DNA of 64,000 bases from Candidatus Latescibacterota bacterium (lineage in GTDB: Bacteria; Latescibacterota; UBA2968; UBA8231). The notes below the pieces were generated by a model that worked only from the letters and a program-made list of their open reading frames with translations, did no database searches and was not told the DNA's origin. Every line of letters begins with the position of its first letter. Position 1 is the stretch's first letter. The position numbers and the translations under genes are program-made. Shown here one piece after another: positions 36,066-46,796 of this stretch. The stretch is taken from NCBI GenBank assembly GCA_965248355.1, contig OZ252098.1, positions 2,944,001-3,008,000 on the forward strand, in the 5' to 3' direction.

Positions 36066-37166
36066 ATGAAGCGCAAGATCCTGCTCGTGGTCAGCACGCG
36101 CCCCAACTTCGTGAAGGTGGCGCCCATCCTCGCCCAGCTCCGCCGGCGCGCGGAACGTTTCGCCACCTGCCTGGTCCACACCGGCCAGCACTACGACCCC
36201 CTGCTCTCCGACGTGTTCTTCGACGACCTCGATCTGCCGCCGCCCGACCATCACCTGGGGGCCGGCTCGGGGACCCACGGCGTGCAGACGGGCCGCATCA
36301 TGGCCGCCTTCGACCCGGTTCTGATGGAGGAGAAGCCCGATCTCGTGGTCGTCGTGGGGGACGTGACCGGCACCATGGCCTGCGCCCTCGGCGCGGTGAA
36401 GCTCCACGTCCCGGTGGCCCACGTGGAGGCCGGCCTGCGCAGCCGCGACCGCCGCATGCCGGAGGAGATCAACCGCATCGTCACCGACGCCGTCTCCGAC
36501 TACCTGTTCACCCCCTCCCGCGACGCCGACGCCAACCTGCGCGCCGAGGGCATCCCCCAGGAGCGGATCCACTTCGTCGGCAACGTCATGGTCGACTCCC
36601 TGCAGCGGGCGCTGAACTCCCTGCACCGGTCGACGGCGCTGGAGGACCTCGGCCTGGAGCCGCGGGGCTACGCCCTGCTCACCCTGCACCGGGACTTCAA
36701 CGTCGATTCGGAGCCGCGCCTGCGGCAGGCCCTGGACGCGGTGGAACGCGTGCAGCGGCGCCTGCCGGTGGTCTTCCCCGTGCATCCGCGCACCCGGGAC
36801 CGCATCGAGAGCTTCGGCCTGGAGCAGCGGCTGGCGGAGAGCCCGAACCTGCGCCTCGTCGAGCCGGTGGGCTACCTCGACGCCCTGCGCCTGCAGAAGG
36901 AGGCGCGCCTCGTGCTCTCGGACTCGGCCGGCCTGCAGGAGGAGTCGACGGTCCTCGGGGTCCCCTGCCTGACCCTGCGCCCGAACACCGAGCGTCCGGT
37001 CACAGTGCAGGTGGGAACGGCCACCGTGGTCGACCTGGACGCCGACCTGATCGAGCGCGAAACCGATCGGGTTCTGGACGGGAGCTACAAGAAGGGCGCC
37101 GTCCCCGAGCTGTGGGACGGCGCATCGGCCCGGCGCATCGTCGATCTGCTCGCCGAGCGGCTGTAG
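36066..37166 (+). CDS. wecB: UDP-N-acetylglucosamine 2-epimerase (non-hydrolysing)
   Basis: TRPNFVK, HTGQHYD, HVEAGLRS, MPEEINR, SDSAGLQEE, TERP. Confidence 0.93.
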   Translation: MKRKILLVVSTRPNFVKVAPILAQLRRRAERFATCLVHTGQHYDPLLSDVFFDDLDLPPPDHHLGAGSGTHGVQTGRIMAAFDPVLMEEKPDLVVVVGDVTGTMACALGAVKLHVPVAHVEAGLRSRDRRMPEEINRIVTDAVSDYLFTPSRDADANLRAEGIPQERIHFVGNVMVDSLQRALNSLHRSTALEDLGLEPRGYALLTLHRDFNVDSEPRLRQALDAVERVQRRLPVVFPVHPRTRDRIESFGLEQRLAESPNLRLVEPVGYLDALRLQKEARLVLSDSAGLQEESTVLGVPCLTLRPNTERPVTVQVGTATVVDLDADLIERETDRVLDGSYKKGAVPELWDGASARRIVDLLAERL

Positions 37167-37183
37167 CGGAGCGGCGCCCCAGT

Positions 37184-37209
37184 CGGGGTGGAGGCAACCC
37201 CCGCACCCC
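37184..37209. terminator. Hairpin between convergent genes
   Basis: CGGGGTG...CACCCCG stem just after the wecB stop; no clear U-tract. Confidence 0.3.
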
Positions 37210-38814
37210 GCTATTGTGGGACCGAGACATCGACTACGCATACTGAAATCAAGCGCTGTTCCCGACCGTCAAGCGATTCCTGGATCTTCAACTTGACATC
37301 CTCCGCCGTCTCCGGAGTCCACCCCGAGCACTTCGTCGTGCATTTCTCCGTGTCACCGAACCAGAACACGAGGTAAATCCCGTAACCTGCGGCCCCGGGA
37401 TCCCGCGTGTACTTGGCGATCAACTGTTCGTGGACCGCCGTCCAGAGATCATCGTGGCAGCTTCGCTTGATCTCCACCGGAACGTTGAATCCGCCGAAGC
37501 TGACGCGGATGTCCGACCTCTTGTCGTCGGCGTAGGGGCCCTCCCGCTGGGCGTCGATTCCTAGGCGTTCAAGCCGCTCCTGCAGATGTAAGAGAATCGT
37601 GTCCCGGCAGGCGTTCTCGGGCCTCGGGTGCATTGCGCGGTTGTAGCCATCAAGGTTCCAGTACTGGCGCCAGGGCGACGTGCTTCCGTCTCGAGTCCTG
37701 CCGGATAAGTCCGCCAGTTCATGGTTCACGAGTGCCGCGAGATCTCCCGCGTTCGCTGGCGTACCTTTGTCGAGGGTTTGGACCACCTCCCCGATGTCGC
37801 CATGCCGGTACTCGTGCTCGCGGCGTTTCCTCGCCTGTCGCTCCTTTGCGTCAGTGAGAGCGGGCCCCCAAGCTACAGCATCACACACTCTCGAGAGCTC
37901 CTCGATCGCCTCCGTTGCGGCGCCACTCGGGTCGCCGCCGAGGGTGGCGATCAAGTCCGTCGTGGACCAATACGCCCTCTCCGTCAAACCATCACGCCGG
38001 AGAGCTTCTCCCAGCGCGCTGACGAGCGGTACGAAGTCGCCCGGGCCGAAGCCCTGCGTGAATTCCCTCGGGAATCTTCCTGCCGCCACGAACATCGCCA
38101 GCGACTTCAATCCCTCCTCGTCGTCCGCCAGACTCCGAAGGTCCTCCCGGTATCGTTCCGGCGCCACGAGATATCCCGCGGCCAGCCAGCAGCCACGTTC
38201 CCCCGCTCCCTGTCCGCCTCGCCCGATGCGATCCTTGATCACGCGGTGCACTGCCGTCCAGTCGCAACACTTCAACGCCGCGTTGAGCGACCAGCAAAGC
38301 GCCTGGAGTGCCTCGTCAGTCTCCGCCTTCGGGAAGTGCTCAAGCACGGACTGGGAGATCAACTCGGCAACGTCCTGATGGTCCTCCGCATTGGCCAGCT
38401 CGTGTAGTTCTATCGCCAACTGCACGCCGGTCTTGAGCTTCCGCGCCGCGCTGCGGCGCAGTACGTCCGCGACCAGCGCCGGATCTTGGCACAGTAGAGT
38501 CCGAAACCAATCCGGTCGGTACACGCTGCTTCCGTCGTTGCTATCCGGGTCGAGCATCCGCCGCGGAAGCAAGTAGAGAATCGTGACCGCCAAGCGGGTC
38601 TGGCTCTCGTTCAGGTCGCCAACCGAGAGCCGGCCCGACTGTTCCAAGCTGTGCAGTCCGGCGACGAAGGGCAGCACGAGACTATTGACCCGGTTCCGGT
38701 CGAACAGCCGCACTACATCGTCGCAGCCCGGCAGATCCTCTCGCGTGATGGTCCCTTCCATCCCCGCCAGGAGGAGGTCGATCAAGTCAACTCGGCTGCC
38801 AATCAGATCGCCTA

Positions 38815-39936
38815 GTGCTCACTTGCGTGAGTTCTTGTCAGAATGTATCTTGGGGGGCATGGCCCGACCTGCGACCCCCATTACGTTGACGGAAGAAGAT
38901 CGCGCCACGCTGTCGCAATGGGCGCGGTCGGGAACCACGGAACAGCGGCTCGCCTGGCGGGCGCGCATCATTTTGGGCGCGGCGGACGGCCAGGCGTCGG
39001 CGACGATCGCCGAGCGGCTGGGGCTGCGCCACGGCACGGTGAGCAAGTGGCGGACGCGCTTTGCCGCGCACGGCCTGGACGGGTTGCAGGACGCGCCGCG
39101 GCCGGGCCCGCCCCGGCGGTATGACGAGGAGACGGAGCAGCGCATCCTCGACGTGGTGTCGCAACCGCCGCCGGCCGGCCACGCCACCTGGACCGGGACC
39201 CTGGTGGCCGAGGCTCTGGGCGACGTGTCGGACCATCACGTGTGGCGGGTGCTGCGGCAGCAGGGCATCCATCTGCAGCGGCGGCGGTCCCATGAGGTGA
39301 GCACGGACCCGGAATTCACGGCCAAGGCCGCCGATGTCGTGGGGTTGTACCTCGATCCCCCCGAGAACGCCGTGGTGCTGTGCGTCGACGAAAAGCCCTC
39401 CATCCAGGCCTTGGAACGAGCCCAGGGGTATCTGCGCCGGCCCAACGGCCAGGCGATGAGCGGCGCCAGCCATCGCTACCAACGCCACGGCACCACCACC
39501 TTGTTCGCCGCCCTCGAGGTCGCCACGGGGCGCATCCAGGCCGGGCCCGCGAAACGACGCCGGCGCCGGGAGTTCCTCGACTTCATGAACGACCTGGTCC
39601 GAGAGTATTCGCCCGACCAGGCCCTTCACGTGATTCTGGACAACCTCAACACCCACAAGCCCAAGCGCGACCGCTGGCGGGCCCGTCATCCCAACGTGCA
39701 CTTCCACTACACGCCCACCAACGCCTGCTGGCTGAACCAGATCGAGACCTGGTTCAGCATCCTCAGCCGCCGCGCCTTGCGCGGAGCCAGCTTCACCTCG
39801 CCCCGGCAACTGCGTCAGGCCATCGACGCCTTCATCGCCGCCTACAACTCGACGGCTCAGCCCTTCGAGTGGAAAAAGCGACAGGTCTTCTCTACCCAGT
39901 TGCATGATAACTACGCTGAATTGTGCAGGTAAGCAC
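38815..39936 (+). mobile_element. IS630-family insertion sequence with TA target duplication
   Basis: Ends GTGCTCACTTGC / GCAGGTAAGCAC, flanked by TA at 38813-38814 and 39937-39938 (CTAG target). Confidence 0.92.
38859..39932 (+). CDS. IS630 transposase
   Basis: RARIIL HTH region; CVDEKPSIQAL, ILDNLNTHK, WLNQIETWFS. Confidence 0.93.
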   Translation: MARPATPITLTEEDRATLSQWARSGTTEQRLAWRARIILGAADGQASATIAERLGLRHGTVSKWRTRFAAHGLDGLQDAPRPGPPRRYDEETEQRILDVVSQPPPAGHATWTGTLVAEALGDVSDHHVWRVLRQQGIHLQRRRSHEVSTDPEFTAKAADVVGLYLDPPENAVVLCVDEKPSIQALERAQGYLRRPNGQAMSGASHRYQRHGTTTLFAALEVATGRIQAGPAKRRRRREFLDFMNDLVREYSPDQALHVILDNLNTHKPKRDRWRARHPNVHFHYTPTNACWLNQIETWFSILSRRALRGASFTSPRQLRQAIDAFIAAYNSTAQPFEWKKRQVFSTQLHDNYAELCR

Positions 39937-41674
39937 TAGTCGTTGCCGGGGCGACGCCCCCGCAAAGTCCTCTTGGAGTCCCAGGTACGCCTCGGCTGCC
40001 CGATGGAGCAGTTGCGGCGCACCGCGCCCCCTTCGCAACGCTGGCGCCTCCGCCGCAATCTGCGCCTGCCAAGTCTGTTGTTCCGTCGTGTCCTCCGCCG
40101 ACTCCAGGTCCGTTGCCGACTCCGATGCTGTCCGGGCCTCGGTCCGGGTCTCTACGCCTGATCGACGTTCTACCATCTCATCGAACTCGTTCACCAAAGC
40201 CCCATTCGCCGCTAAATCCGCACGAACCCCTTCCTTCAGCGCGTCCGAATTCCACTCCAGATCAAACTTGATCAGGACGGTTTCCCTCTCCGGCAAACAC
40301 AGGTCTGGGTCCGAGACCACACCCAGCCATTTGTACAGACGGTCAGCGGCGACCCTCCCGCCGGGGTTCCTCGGGCGAATCTCCCGCAAAACCCGGTTCA
40401 ACGGCTCCACCGGTAGCTGGCCCAACCGCGTATATCGGCCGACATCACCCACCATGAACGGTCTGTATTCCGCGAACCGCTCCGCGATGCCGTCCAGCAG
40501 CTCAGCCAGCTGTTCCGGCGTCGACTCCCTGGGAATGTGCTCCGTCCAGAAGTCGGCGTACTCACCGGTCGTCGTCACGAGCTTCGGTTCCCTCAAGTAC
40601 CGCTGAACTTCCTCGATGGACAGTACGTTTGGGTAGAGCGCCTTCAGCAGAATCCCCAGGAGCTCGTCCTGCGGATCGTCGAGCGAGCCGTCCTTGATCT
40701 CGCCAACCATTCTCGTGAGCGTCTCGGCTTCAAGGCGACCACGAGCGTGGTAGCTGGTCAGCACGTCGAGAGCAGTACACCGGACGCCCTGATTCCAGGT
40801 CCGATCGCGTACTATCTGTTCCAGCACGTCCGAAAGCGCCGGAAGCGGCTCGCCGTCCGCCAGCATCTGCATCAGGAGCATCACGTAGGACTGGTGTTCG
40901 TGGCCACGCTCTCCGTCCGTCAGGATTTCCCGAAACGTCCCTTCGAGTTCCGGCGACACGATCCCGCCGATGCCCGACACCTTGGACACCCCACGGGTAC
41001 ACCACGGGTTCCAGTTAGACTCCTGGCGGAGATCCCGCACGATGTCTCGCTTCTCGTCGGCCGAATAGGTCTGTCGGTCGCCGTCGTATATCAGCCCGCT
41101 GGGATTCAGCTGGCTGAGCGTTTTCCTGGACTGCTTGTTGTGGACCGCCAGCCAGGACGCCAAGTTGCGAAACGATGGCACCAGTTCGCCGTCGAAACCG
41201 GTGATCAAGGCGAGAATCCTCCCCAAGGGGAGCCCCTGGGCGAGGATAACCGAGAGATACTGGGCAGCCAGAAACTCAGCGATCTGCCGGTGCGTCGGCG
41301 CCAGCTTACCCTCAGACACGCCTTCGAAAAGGCGGGTCCCCAGGACGGTCCTCGCGGTGCCATTCCCCTCCCCACCGTAGACTTCCGTGAAGGAGGGATA
41401 GTCGTCGTCGGGTTCCGCCCTGTCGGGTAGCGTGTACCCCGCCACGCCGGAGAGAAGCCGGGGTACGGACATGGGCTTCGGCTACGTCGGGCGCGAGAAG
41501 ACCCGGTCGACCCCCCCCGGGGGAGGCCCTGGCTTCCGTGACCTCGACGGGCTCGCCGTCAATGGTCAGGCTGATTCGCTGCAGGAGGCTGCTTGCGACC
41601 TCGGCGATCGCCGCCTTCTGGCTGGCGGCTCGGGAGGTCCACACCTCACGAGCCTTGTCCTTTCGAGGATAGCT

Positions 41675-41700
41675 GTTATCATTGAATCACAAGTGATAAC
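41675..41700. promoter_or_regulatory. Inverted-repeat operator upstream of the RHH-VapC module
   Basis: GTTATCA-N12-TGATAAC in an AT-rich patch. Confidence 0.55.
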
Positions 41701-41715
41701 ATGGAGATACCCAAG

Positions 41716-41967
41716 GTGGTCCGTACACAGATTCAGTTGACCGAAGACCAGGCGCGGCACGTCAAGCGGATCGCCGCCGAGCGGCGGGTTTCGATGGCGA
41801 CGGTGATCCGCCAGGGGGTGGATCTGCTGCTGCGCTCGGCGGAGACGGCCGTCAGCGATGACGAGCGCGCAGACCGGGCGATCTCGGCGGCCGGCCGGTT
41901 CCGTTCCGGCGGCGGCGACGGGGCCGTGGGGCATGACCGCTACCTGCGGGATGCCTACCGCGGGTGA
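41716..41967 (+). CDS. CopG/ribbon-helix-helix antitoxin
   Basis: VRTQIQLTEDQARHVKRIAAERRVSMATVIRQGVD...HDRYL; start GTG 41716 (alternative ATG 41701). Confidence 0.85.
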   Translation: MVRTQIQLTEDQARHVKRIAAERRVSMATVIRQGVDLLLRSAETAVSDDERADRAISAAGRFRSGGGDGAVGHDRYLRDAYRG

Positions 41968-42413
41968 CGGTCTTCGTCGACACCTCCGCCCTGTACGCGA
42001 TACTGGACGCCGCCGACGACCAGCATTCGCGGGCCGAGGCCGAGTGGCGCCGCCTGGTGCGCGGTCTCTCCGGCCTCCTGACGACCAGCTATGTCCTGGT
42101 GGAGACCACGGCCCTGGTGCAGCACCGGCTCGGCATGGAGGCCGTGGGCGTGCTGGAGCAGGACATCCGGCCCGTCCTGCGGGTCGAGTGGATCGACGAG
42201 GCCCTGCACGCCACCGGAATGGCCTCGATGCTCGCCGCCGGCCGCCGGGGGCTGAGTCTCGTGGACTGCATCAGCTTTGCGGTGATGGCACGCGCCGGCC
42301 TGCGCCAGGCCTTCGCCTTCGACGATCACTTCACCGAGCGGGGCTTCTCATGCCTCCCGGCGGTGGAGACCAACCCTTCCGGTGCGCCGCGGGGCGAGCC
42401 GGAAGGGGCCTGA
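41964..42413 (+). CDS. vapC: VapC PIN-domain toxin
   Basis: VFVDTSALYA, VLVET, LSLVDCISF, FAFDDHF. Confidence 0.9.
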   Translation: MTVFVDTSALYAILDAADDQHSRAEAEWRRLVRGLSGLLTTSYVLVETTALVQHRLGMEAVGVLEQDIRPVLRVEWIDEALHATGMASMLAAGRRGLSLVDCISFAVMARAGLRQAFAFDDHFTERGFSCLPAVETNPSGAPRGEPEGA

Positions 42414-42422
42414 GGCGGCCGC

Positions 42423-43403
42423 TCAGTTGTCGCGCGGCACTGCCATCATGCGCTCGAGGGACCGGCGCGCGCCCTCGATGATGTCGTCGTCGAGGTGGAT
42501 CTCGAAGCGCTCCTCGGCGAGCGAGAAGTACACGTCCTGCAGGCCCGTGACCTTCATGTAGGGGCAGTGCAGGCGGCACCCGATACAGCCGTCGGCGGGG
42601 ACGAACTCCTTGCCGGGATAGCGCTTCTTGAGTTGGTGGATCATGCCCTCTTCGGTGGCGATGATGAAGGTCCGGGCCTCGGGGTACCTGCCGACGGCGT
42701 TGATCATGCCCGTCGTCGAGCAGACCACGTGGGCGGCCTCGACCACGTCCTGGCGGCACTCGGGGTGGGCGATGATGACGGCCTCGGGGAACTCCCGCCG
42801 GGTGCGGTCGACGGTGGCGTGGCGCAGCACGTCGTGGGTCGGGCAGACGCCGTCGTAGGCGACGATCTCCTTCTCCGGCACCTGCTCCGCCACCCAGCGG
42901 GCCAGGTTCTTGTCGGGCGTGAACAGGATGCGGTCCGACTCGAGGCTGCGCACCACGGAGACGGCGTTGGCCGAGGTGCAGCAGATGTCGGACTCGGCCT
43001 TCACCTCGGCCGAGGAATTGACGTAGGTGACCACCGCGTGGCCGGGATAGCGCTCCTTCCACTCGTAGAGGCTCTCCACGGTGATCGAGTCGGAGAGGGC
43101 GCAGCCCGCCCCCAGGTGCGGCAGGAAGACGCGCTTGAGGGGGCTGAGGATCTTGGCCGACTCGGCCATGAAGTGGACGCCGCAGAACACGATGATCTCC
43201 GCGTCGGTCCGTGACGCCTCCACCGACAGCCCCAGCGAATCGCCGGTGACGTCGGCCAGGTCCTGGATCGGCGGGATCTGGTAGTTGTGGGCCAGGATGA
43301 CCGCGTTCTTCTCCACCCGGAGGCGGTCGATCTGCTCGATCAGCTCCTCTTCGGGGATGTGGTCGAACCGGGTCTGGCCGGCAGGGGGGGCAACCTGGGT
43401 CAT
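42423..43403 (-). CDS. nadA: Quinolinate synthase
   Basis: ILAHNYQ, GDSL, FCGVHFMAE, AGCALSD, YVNSSA, AHPEC, CPYMK. Confidence 0.96.
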   Translation of the reverse strand: MTQVAPPAGQTRFDHIPEEELIEQIDRLRVEKNAVILAHNYQIPPIQDLADVTGDSLGLSVEASRTDAEIIVFCGVHFMAESAKILSPLKRVFLPHLGAGCALSDSITVESLYEWKERYPGHAVVTYVNSSAEVKAESDICCTSANAVSVVRSLESDRILFTPDKNLARWVAEQVPEKEIVAYDGVCPTHDVLRHATVDRTRREFPEAVIIAHPECRQDVVEAAHVVCSTTGMINAVGRYPEARTFIIATEEGMIHQLKKRYPGKEFVPADGCIGCRLHCPYMKVTGLQDVYFSLAEERFEIHLDDDIIEGARRSLERMMAVPRDN

Positions 43404-43618
43404 GGCTCGCTCACCTTCGCCCCCGCGTCGAGGGGGACGGTCTCGGTGCCGTTGGGGAAGACGCGCCAGAACTCCTTGCGGATGAGGCCGGTGATCATGG
43501 CGCTTTTGCTGCTTCCGTGGTAGCGTGCGATCACCTCCAGCATCTGGAAATCTCGATCGGGGGCTGAAAAGGTCCGCGGCCTGGAACGGTCGCTCTTGGC
43601 CTTCGGTGCTGCGGGCAT
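43400..43618 (-). CDS. Small RHH-like DNA-binding protein translationally coupled to nadA
   Basis: 72 aa; beta-strand 'RTFSA' plus two helices 'DFQMLEVIARYHGSSKSAMITGLIRKE'; ATGA overlap with nadA; AGAGG RBS. Confidence 0.6.
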   Translation of the reverse strand: MPAAPKAKSDRSRPRTFSAPDRDFQMLEVIARYHGSSKSAMITGLIRKEFWRVFPNGTETVPLDAGAKVSEP

Positions 43619-43649
43619 GGATCCTCTTGGAGCAAGGGGGTTGAGAAGT

Positions 43650-43709
43650 CTTACTTAATTATTCCTTAATCAATGTGCAATTAGTAGTCCCGCGCGCGGC
43701 GTCTGTCAA
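43650..43709 (-). promoter_or_regulatory. Putative sigma-70 promoter and AT-rich leader of the RHH-nadA operon
   Basis: Minus strand: perfect TTGACA (43709-43704), 17-bp spacer, TACTAAT, then ATTAAG twice. Confidence 0.5.
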
Positions 43710-43791
43710 GCTGTGTGACGAAAAAGTGTCGAGGCGGAGAGAGCCGGGGAGGGCGGACGATGGCTCCGAGCCCCGCGGCGGGTGACCGCGG

Positions 43792-45018
43792 CTAGAGGGC
43801 GCGGATGCGGCTCAGGGCTTCTTCCACCAGGGGGCGCTGCTGGAAGGCGGAGAGGCGCACGTAGCCCTCGCCGGCGGCGCCGAAACCGGCGCCGGGGGTG
43901 CAGACCAGGTGGGCCTCCTGCAACAGGCGGTCGAAGAAGTCCCAGCTGCCGGCGCCTCCGGGGCAGGCGATCCACAGGTAGGGGGCGTTGTCGGCGCCGT
44001 GCACGGTGTAGCCCGCCTCGGTCAGATCCCGCTTCATGAGGCGGGCGTTCTCCTGGTAGAAGCAGACGAGCTCGCCCACCGCCGCCTTCCCCTCCGGCGT
44101 GTAGCAGGCCGCCGCCCCTTTCTGCACCGGGTAGGAGACTCCGTTGTACTTGGTCGACTGGCGCCGGTCCCACAGCCCGTGGAGGGGCACGGCCTCGCCC
44201 GCGGCCGTATACCCCATCAGCTCCTGCGGCACCACGGTGAAGGCGCAGCGCACACCGGTGAAGCCCGCCGTCTTGGAGTAGGAACGCATCTCGACGGCCA
44301 CCTCGCGGGCGCCCTCGATCTCGTAGATCGAACGGGGGACGGCCGGATCGGTGATGTACGCCTCGTAGGCGGCGTCGAAGAGGATGACGGCGCGCTCGCG
44401 CCGGGCGTATTCGACCCAGGCGGCCAGATCCGGCCGCGTCATCGCGGCGCCGGTGGGGTTGTTCGGCGAGCACAGGTAGACGAGGTCCACGTGGCCGTCG
44501 GGCAGGGGCGGGCGGAACCCGTTGGCGGCCGTGCAGGGCAGGTAGACGAGCCCCTCGTAGCGTCCCTGCCCGTCGGCGGCGCCGGTGCGCCCCGCCATGA
44601 CGTTGGAGTCGCAGTAGACGGGGTACACGGGGTCGGTGAGGGCCACCCGCTGATCGAGGCCGAAGATCTCCTGGATGTTGGCCGAGTCGCACTTGGAGCC
44701 GTCGGAGAGGAAGATCTCGGCCGCATCGACGGGGACGCCGCGGGCGCCGTACTCGTGCTCGGCGATGGCCTCGAGGAGGAAGTCGTAGCCTCGGGCCGGG
44801 GGATAGCCGTGGAAGCTGTCGTCGTGGGCGAGCTCCTCGCAGGCCGCCTTCATGGCCTCGGCCACCGGCCGGGGCAGGCCGCGCACGACGTCGCCGATGC
44901 CCATGCGGATGAGGTCGGCGTCCGGATGGGCCTCGGCAAAGGCCGTCGTGCGCCGGCCGATCTCCGGGAACAGGTAGCCGGCGGCGAGCTTCAGGTAGTG
45001 CTCGTTGAGGAGGGCCAT
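43792..45018 (-). CDS. dapL: LL-diaminopimelate aminotransferase
   Basis: [55 protein letters not shown]. Confidence 0.95.
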   Translation of the reverse strand: MALLNEHYLKLAAGYLFPEIGRRTTAFAEAHPDADLIRMGIGDVVRGLPRPVAEAMKAACEELAHDDSFHGYPPARGYDFLLEAIAEHEYGARGVPVDAAEIFLSDGSKCDSANIQEIFGLDQRVALTDPVYPVYCDSNVMAGRTGAADGQGRYEGLVYLPCTAANGFRPPLPDGHVDLVYLCSPNNPTGAAMTRPDLAAWVEYARRERAVILFDAAYEAYITDPAVPRSIYEIEGAREVAVEMRSYSKTAGFTGVRCAFTVVPQELMGYTAAGEAVPLHGLWDRRQSTKYNGVSYPVQKGAAACYTPEGKAAVGELVCFYQENARLMKRDLTEAGYTVHGADNAPYLWIACPGGAGSWDFFDRLLQEAHLVCTPGAGFGAAGEGYVRLSAFQQRPLVEEALSRIRAL

Positions 45019-45107
45019 GATCCTCTTTTCTTCTTAGATTTCCGGGCTCGATCCGAGTGAGAGATCGGAATTTACGGCAGCCACTCCCTGACGACCACGG
45101 AGAACCG

Positions 45108-46796
45108 ATGGAGAGCGAGGACGGCGGACGCCCCCGCGACTTCCTGCGCGAGGCGGTCGCGGCGGATACCGCTTCGGGCCGTTACGACGGCCAGGTGGTG
45201 ACCCGCTTTCCGCCCGAGCCGAACGGCTACCTGCACGTGGGCCACGGCAAGGCGATATGCGTGAACTTCGGCATCGCCGCCGACTTCGGGGGGCGCTGCA
45301 ACCTGCGCTTCGACGACACCAACCCGGTGCGCGAGGAGCAGGAGTTCGTCGACGCCCAGATGGAGGACATCCGCTGGCTCGGCTTCGACTGGGGCGAGCG
45401 GGAGCTCTACGCCTCCGGCTACTTCGAGCAGCTCTACGAGTGGGCCTGCCAGCTCATCCGCAAGGGCCTGGCCTACGTGGACGACCAGTCGGCCGACGAG
45501 ATCCGCCGGACCCGCGGCACCCTCACCGAGCCGGGCCTCGACAGCCCCTTCCGGGACCGCACCGTGGAGGAGAACCTCGATCTCTTCGCGCGCATGCGCG
45601 CCGGCGAGTTCGCCGACGGCGAGAGGGTGCTGCGGGCCCGCGTCGACATGGCCTCGCCCAACCCGGTCCTGCGCGATCCGGTCATGTACCGCATCCTCCA
45701 CACCCCCCACCACCGCACCGGCGACCGCTGGTGCATCTACCCCATGTACGACTGGGCCCACGGCCAGAGCGACTCCATCGAGGCCGTCACCCACTCCCTG
45801 TGCACCCTGGAGTTCGAGGCCAACCGCCCCCTCTACGACTGGTACATCGAGCAGCTCGGCATCTTCCCGTCGCGGCAGATCGAGTACGCCCGCGGCAACC
45901 TCACCTACACGGTCACCCACAAGCGCCACCTGACCCGTCTGATCGAGTCGGGCCGGCTCTCCGGGTGGGACGACCCGCGCATGCCCACCCTTCGCGGACT
46001 GCGCCGGCGCGGCGTGCCGCCCGAGGCGATCCGCCGGTTCTGGAGCGAGGTGGGCGTGGCCAAGCGCGACAACAACATCGAGGTCTCGCTGCTGGAGTTC
46101 TGCATCCGCGACCACCTCAACAAGGTGGCGCCGAGGGTGATGGGGGTGCTGCGGCCCCTCAAGGTGGTGATCACCAACTATCCACCGGGCGCCGGCGAGG
46201 AGCTCGAGGCGGTGAACAACCCCGAGGACGAGTCCGCCGGGACCCGCCGGATCCCCTTCGGGCGCGAGCTGTGGATCGAGGCCGACGACTTCATGGAGGA
46301 CCCGCCGCGGCGGTTCTTCCGGCTCGCCCCCGGGCGCGAGGTGCGCCTGCGCTACGCCTACTTCATCACCTGCCGGGAGGTGGTCAGGGACGCCGCCGGC
46401 CGCGTCGTCGAGCTGCGCTGCACCTACGACCCGGCCACCCGCGGCGGCGACGCCCCCGACGGCCGCAAGGTGAAGGCCACCCTGCACTGGGTCTCGGCGG
46501 CGCACGCGGTGGAGGCCGAGGTGCGGCTCTACGACCGGCTCTTCCGGGTGGAGAACCCCCTCGAGGTGGCCGATGGCGAGGACTGGATGGACAACCTGAA
46601 CCCCGACTCGCTGGAGGTGTTGCCCCGCTGCTGGCTGGAGCCCGGTCTGGCCGGGGCCGCGCCGGGGACGACGGTGCAGTTCGAGCGTCTCGGCTACTTC
46701 TGCGCCGACCCCGACTCGACGCCGGAGAGGCCGGTCTTCAACCGCACGGTGACCCTGCGCGACGCCTGGGCCAACATCAGGAAGCGGGGCGGCTGA
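45108..46796 (+). CDS. glnS: Glutamine--tRNA ligase
   Basis: [47 protein letters not shown]; alternative start 45057. Confidence 0.95.
   Translation: MESEDGGRPRDFLREAVAADTASGRYDGQVVTRFPPEPNGYLHVGHGKAICVNFGIAADFGGRCNLRFDDTNPVREEQEFVDAQMEDIRWLGFDWGERELYASGYFEQLYEWACQLIRKGLAYVDDQSADEIRRTRGTLTEPGLDSPFRDRTVEENLDLFARMRAGEFADGERVLRARVDMASPNPVLRDPVMYRILHTPHHRTGDRWCIYPMYDWAHGQSDSIEAVTHSLCTLEFEANRPLYDWYIEQLGIFPSRQIEYARGNLTYTVTHKRHLTRLIESGRLSGWDDPRMPTLRGLRRRGVPPEAIRRFWSEVGVAKRDNNIEVSLLEFCIRDHLNKVAPRVMGVLRPLKVVITNYPPGAGEELEAVNNPEDESAGTRRIPFGRELWIEADDFMEDPPRRFFRLAPGREVRLRYAYFITCREVVRDAAGRVVELRCTYDPATRGGDAPDGRKVKATLHWVSAAHAVEAEVRLYDRLFRVENPLEVADGEDWMDNLNPDSLEVLPRCWLEPGLAGAAPGTTVQFERLGYFCADPDSTPERPVFNRTVTLRDAWANIRKRGG

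Larger units (their letters stand above)
37211..41472 (-). pseudogene. NACHT/STAND-related protein with C-terminal PD-(D/E)XK nuclease; N-terminally truncated and interrupted by IS630
   Basis: 'APTHRQIAEFLAAQYL' winged-helix-like motif; C-terminal 'ENACRD...ADDKRSDI...VPVEIK...QLIAKY...GIYLVFWFG'; removing the IS joins the halves in frame (PRQRL-GDLIGSRVDL). Confidence 0.75.

Noticed and set aside
41475..41660. Possible small gene or phase-variable C8/G6 tract upstream of the NACHT remnant
   Set aside because: No frame gives a recognisable ATPase N-terminus across the tract; treated as junction debris.
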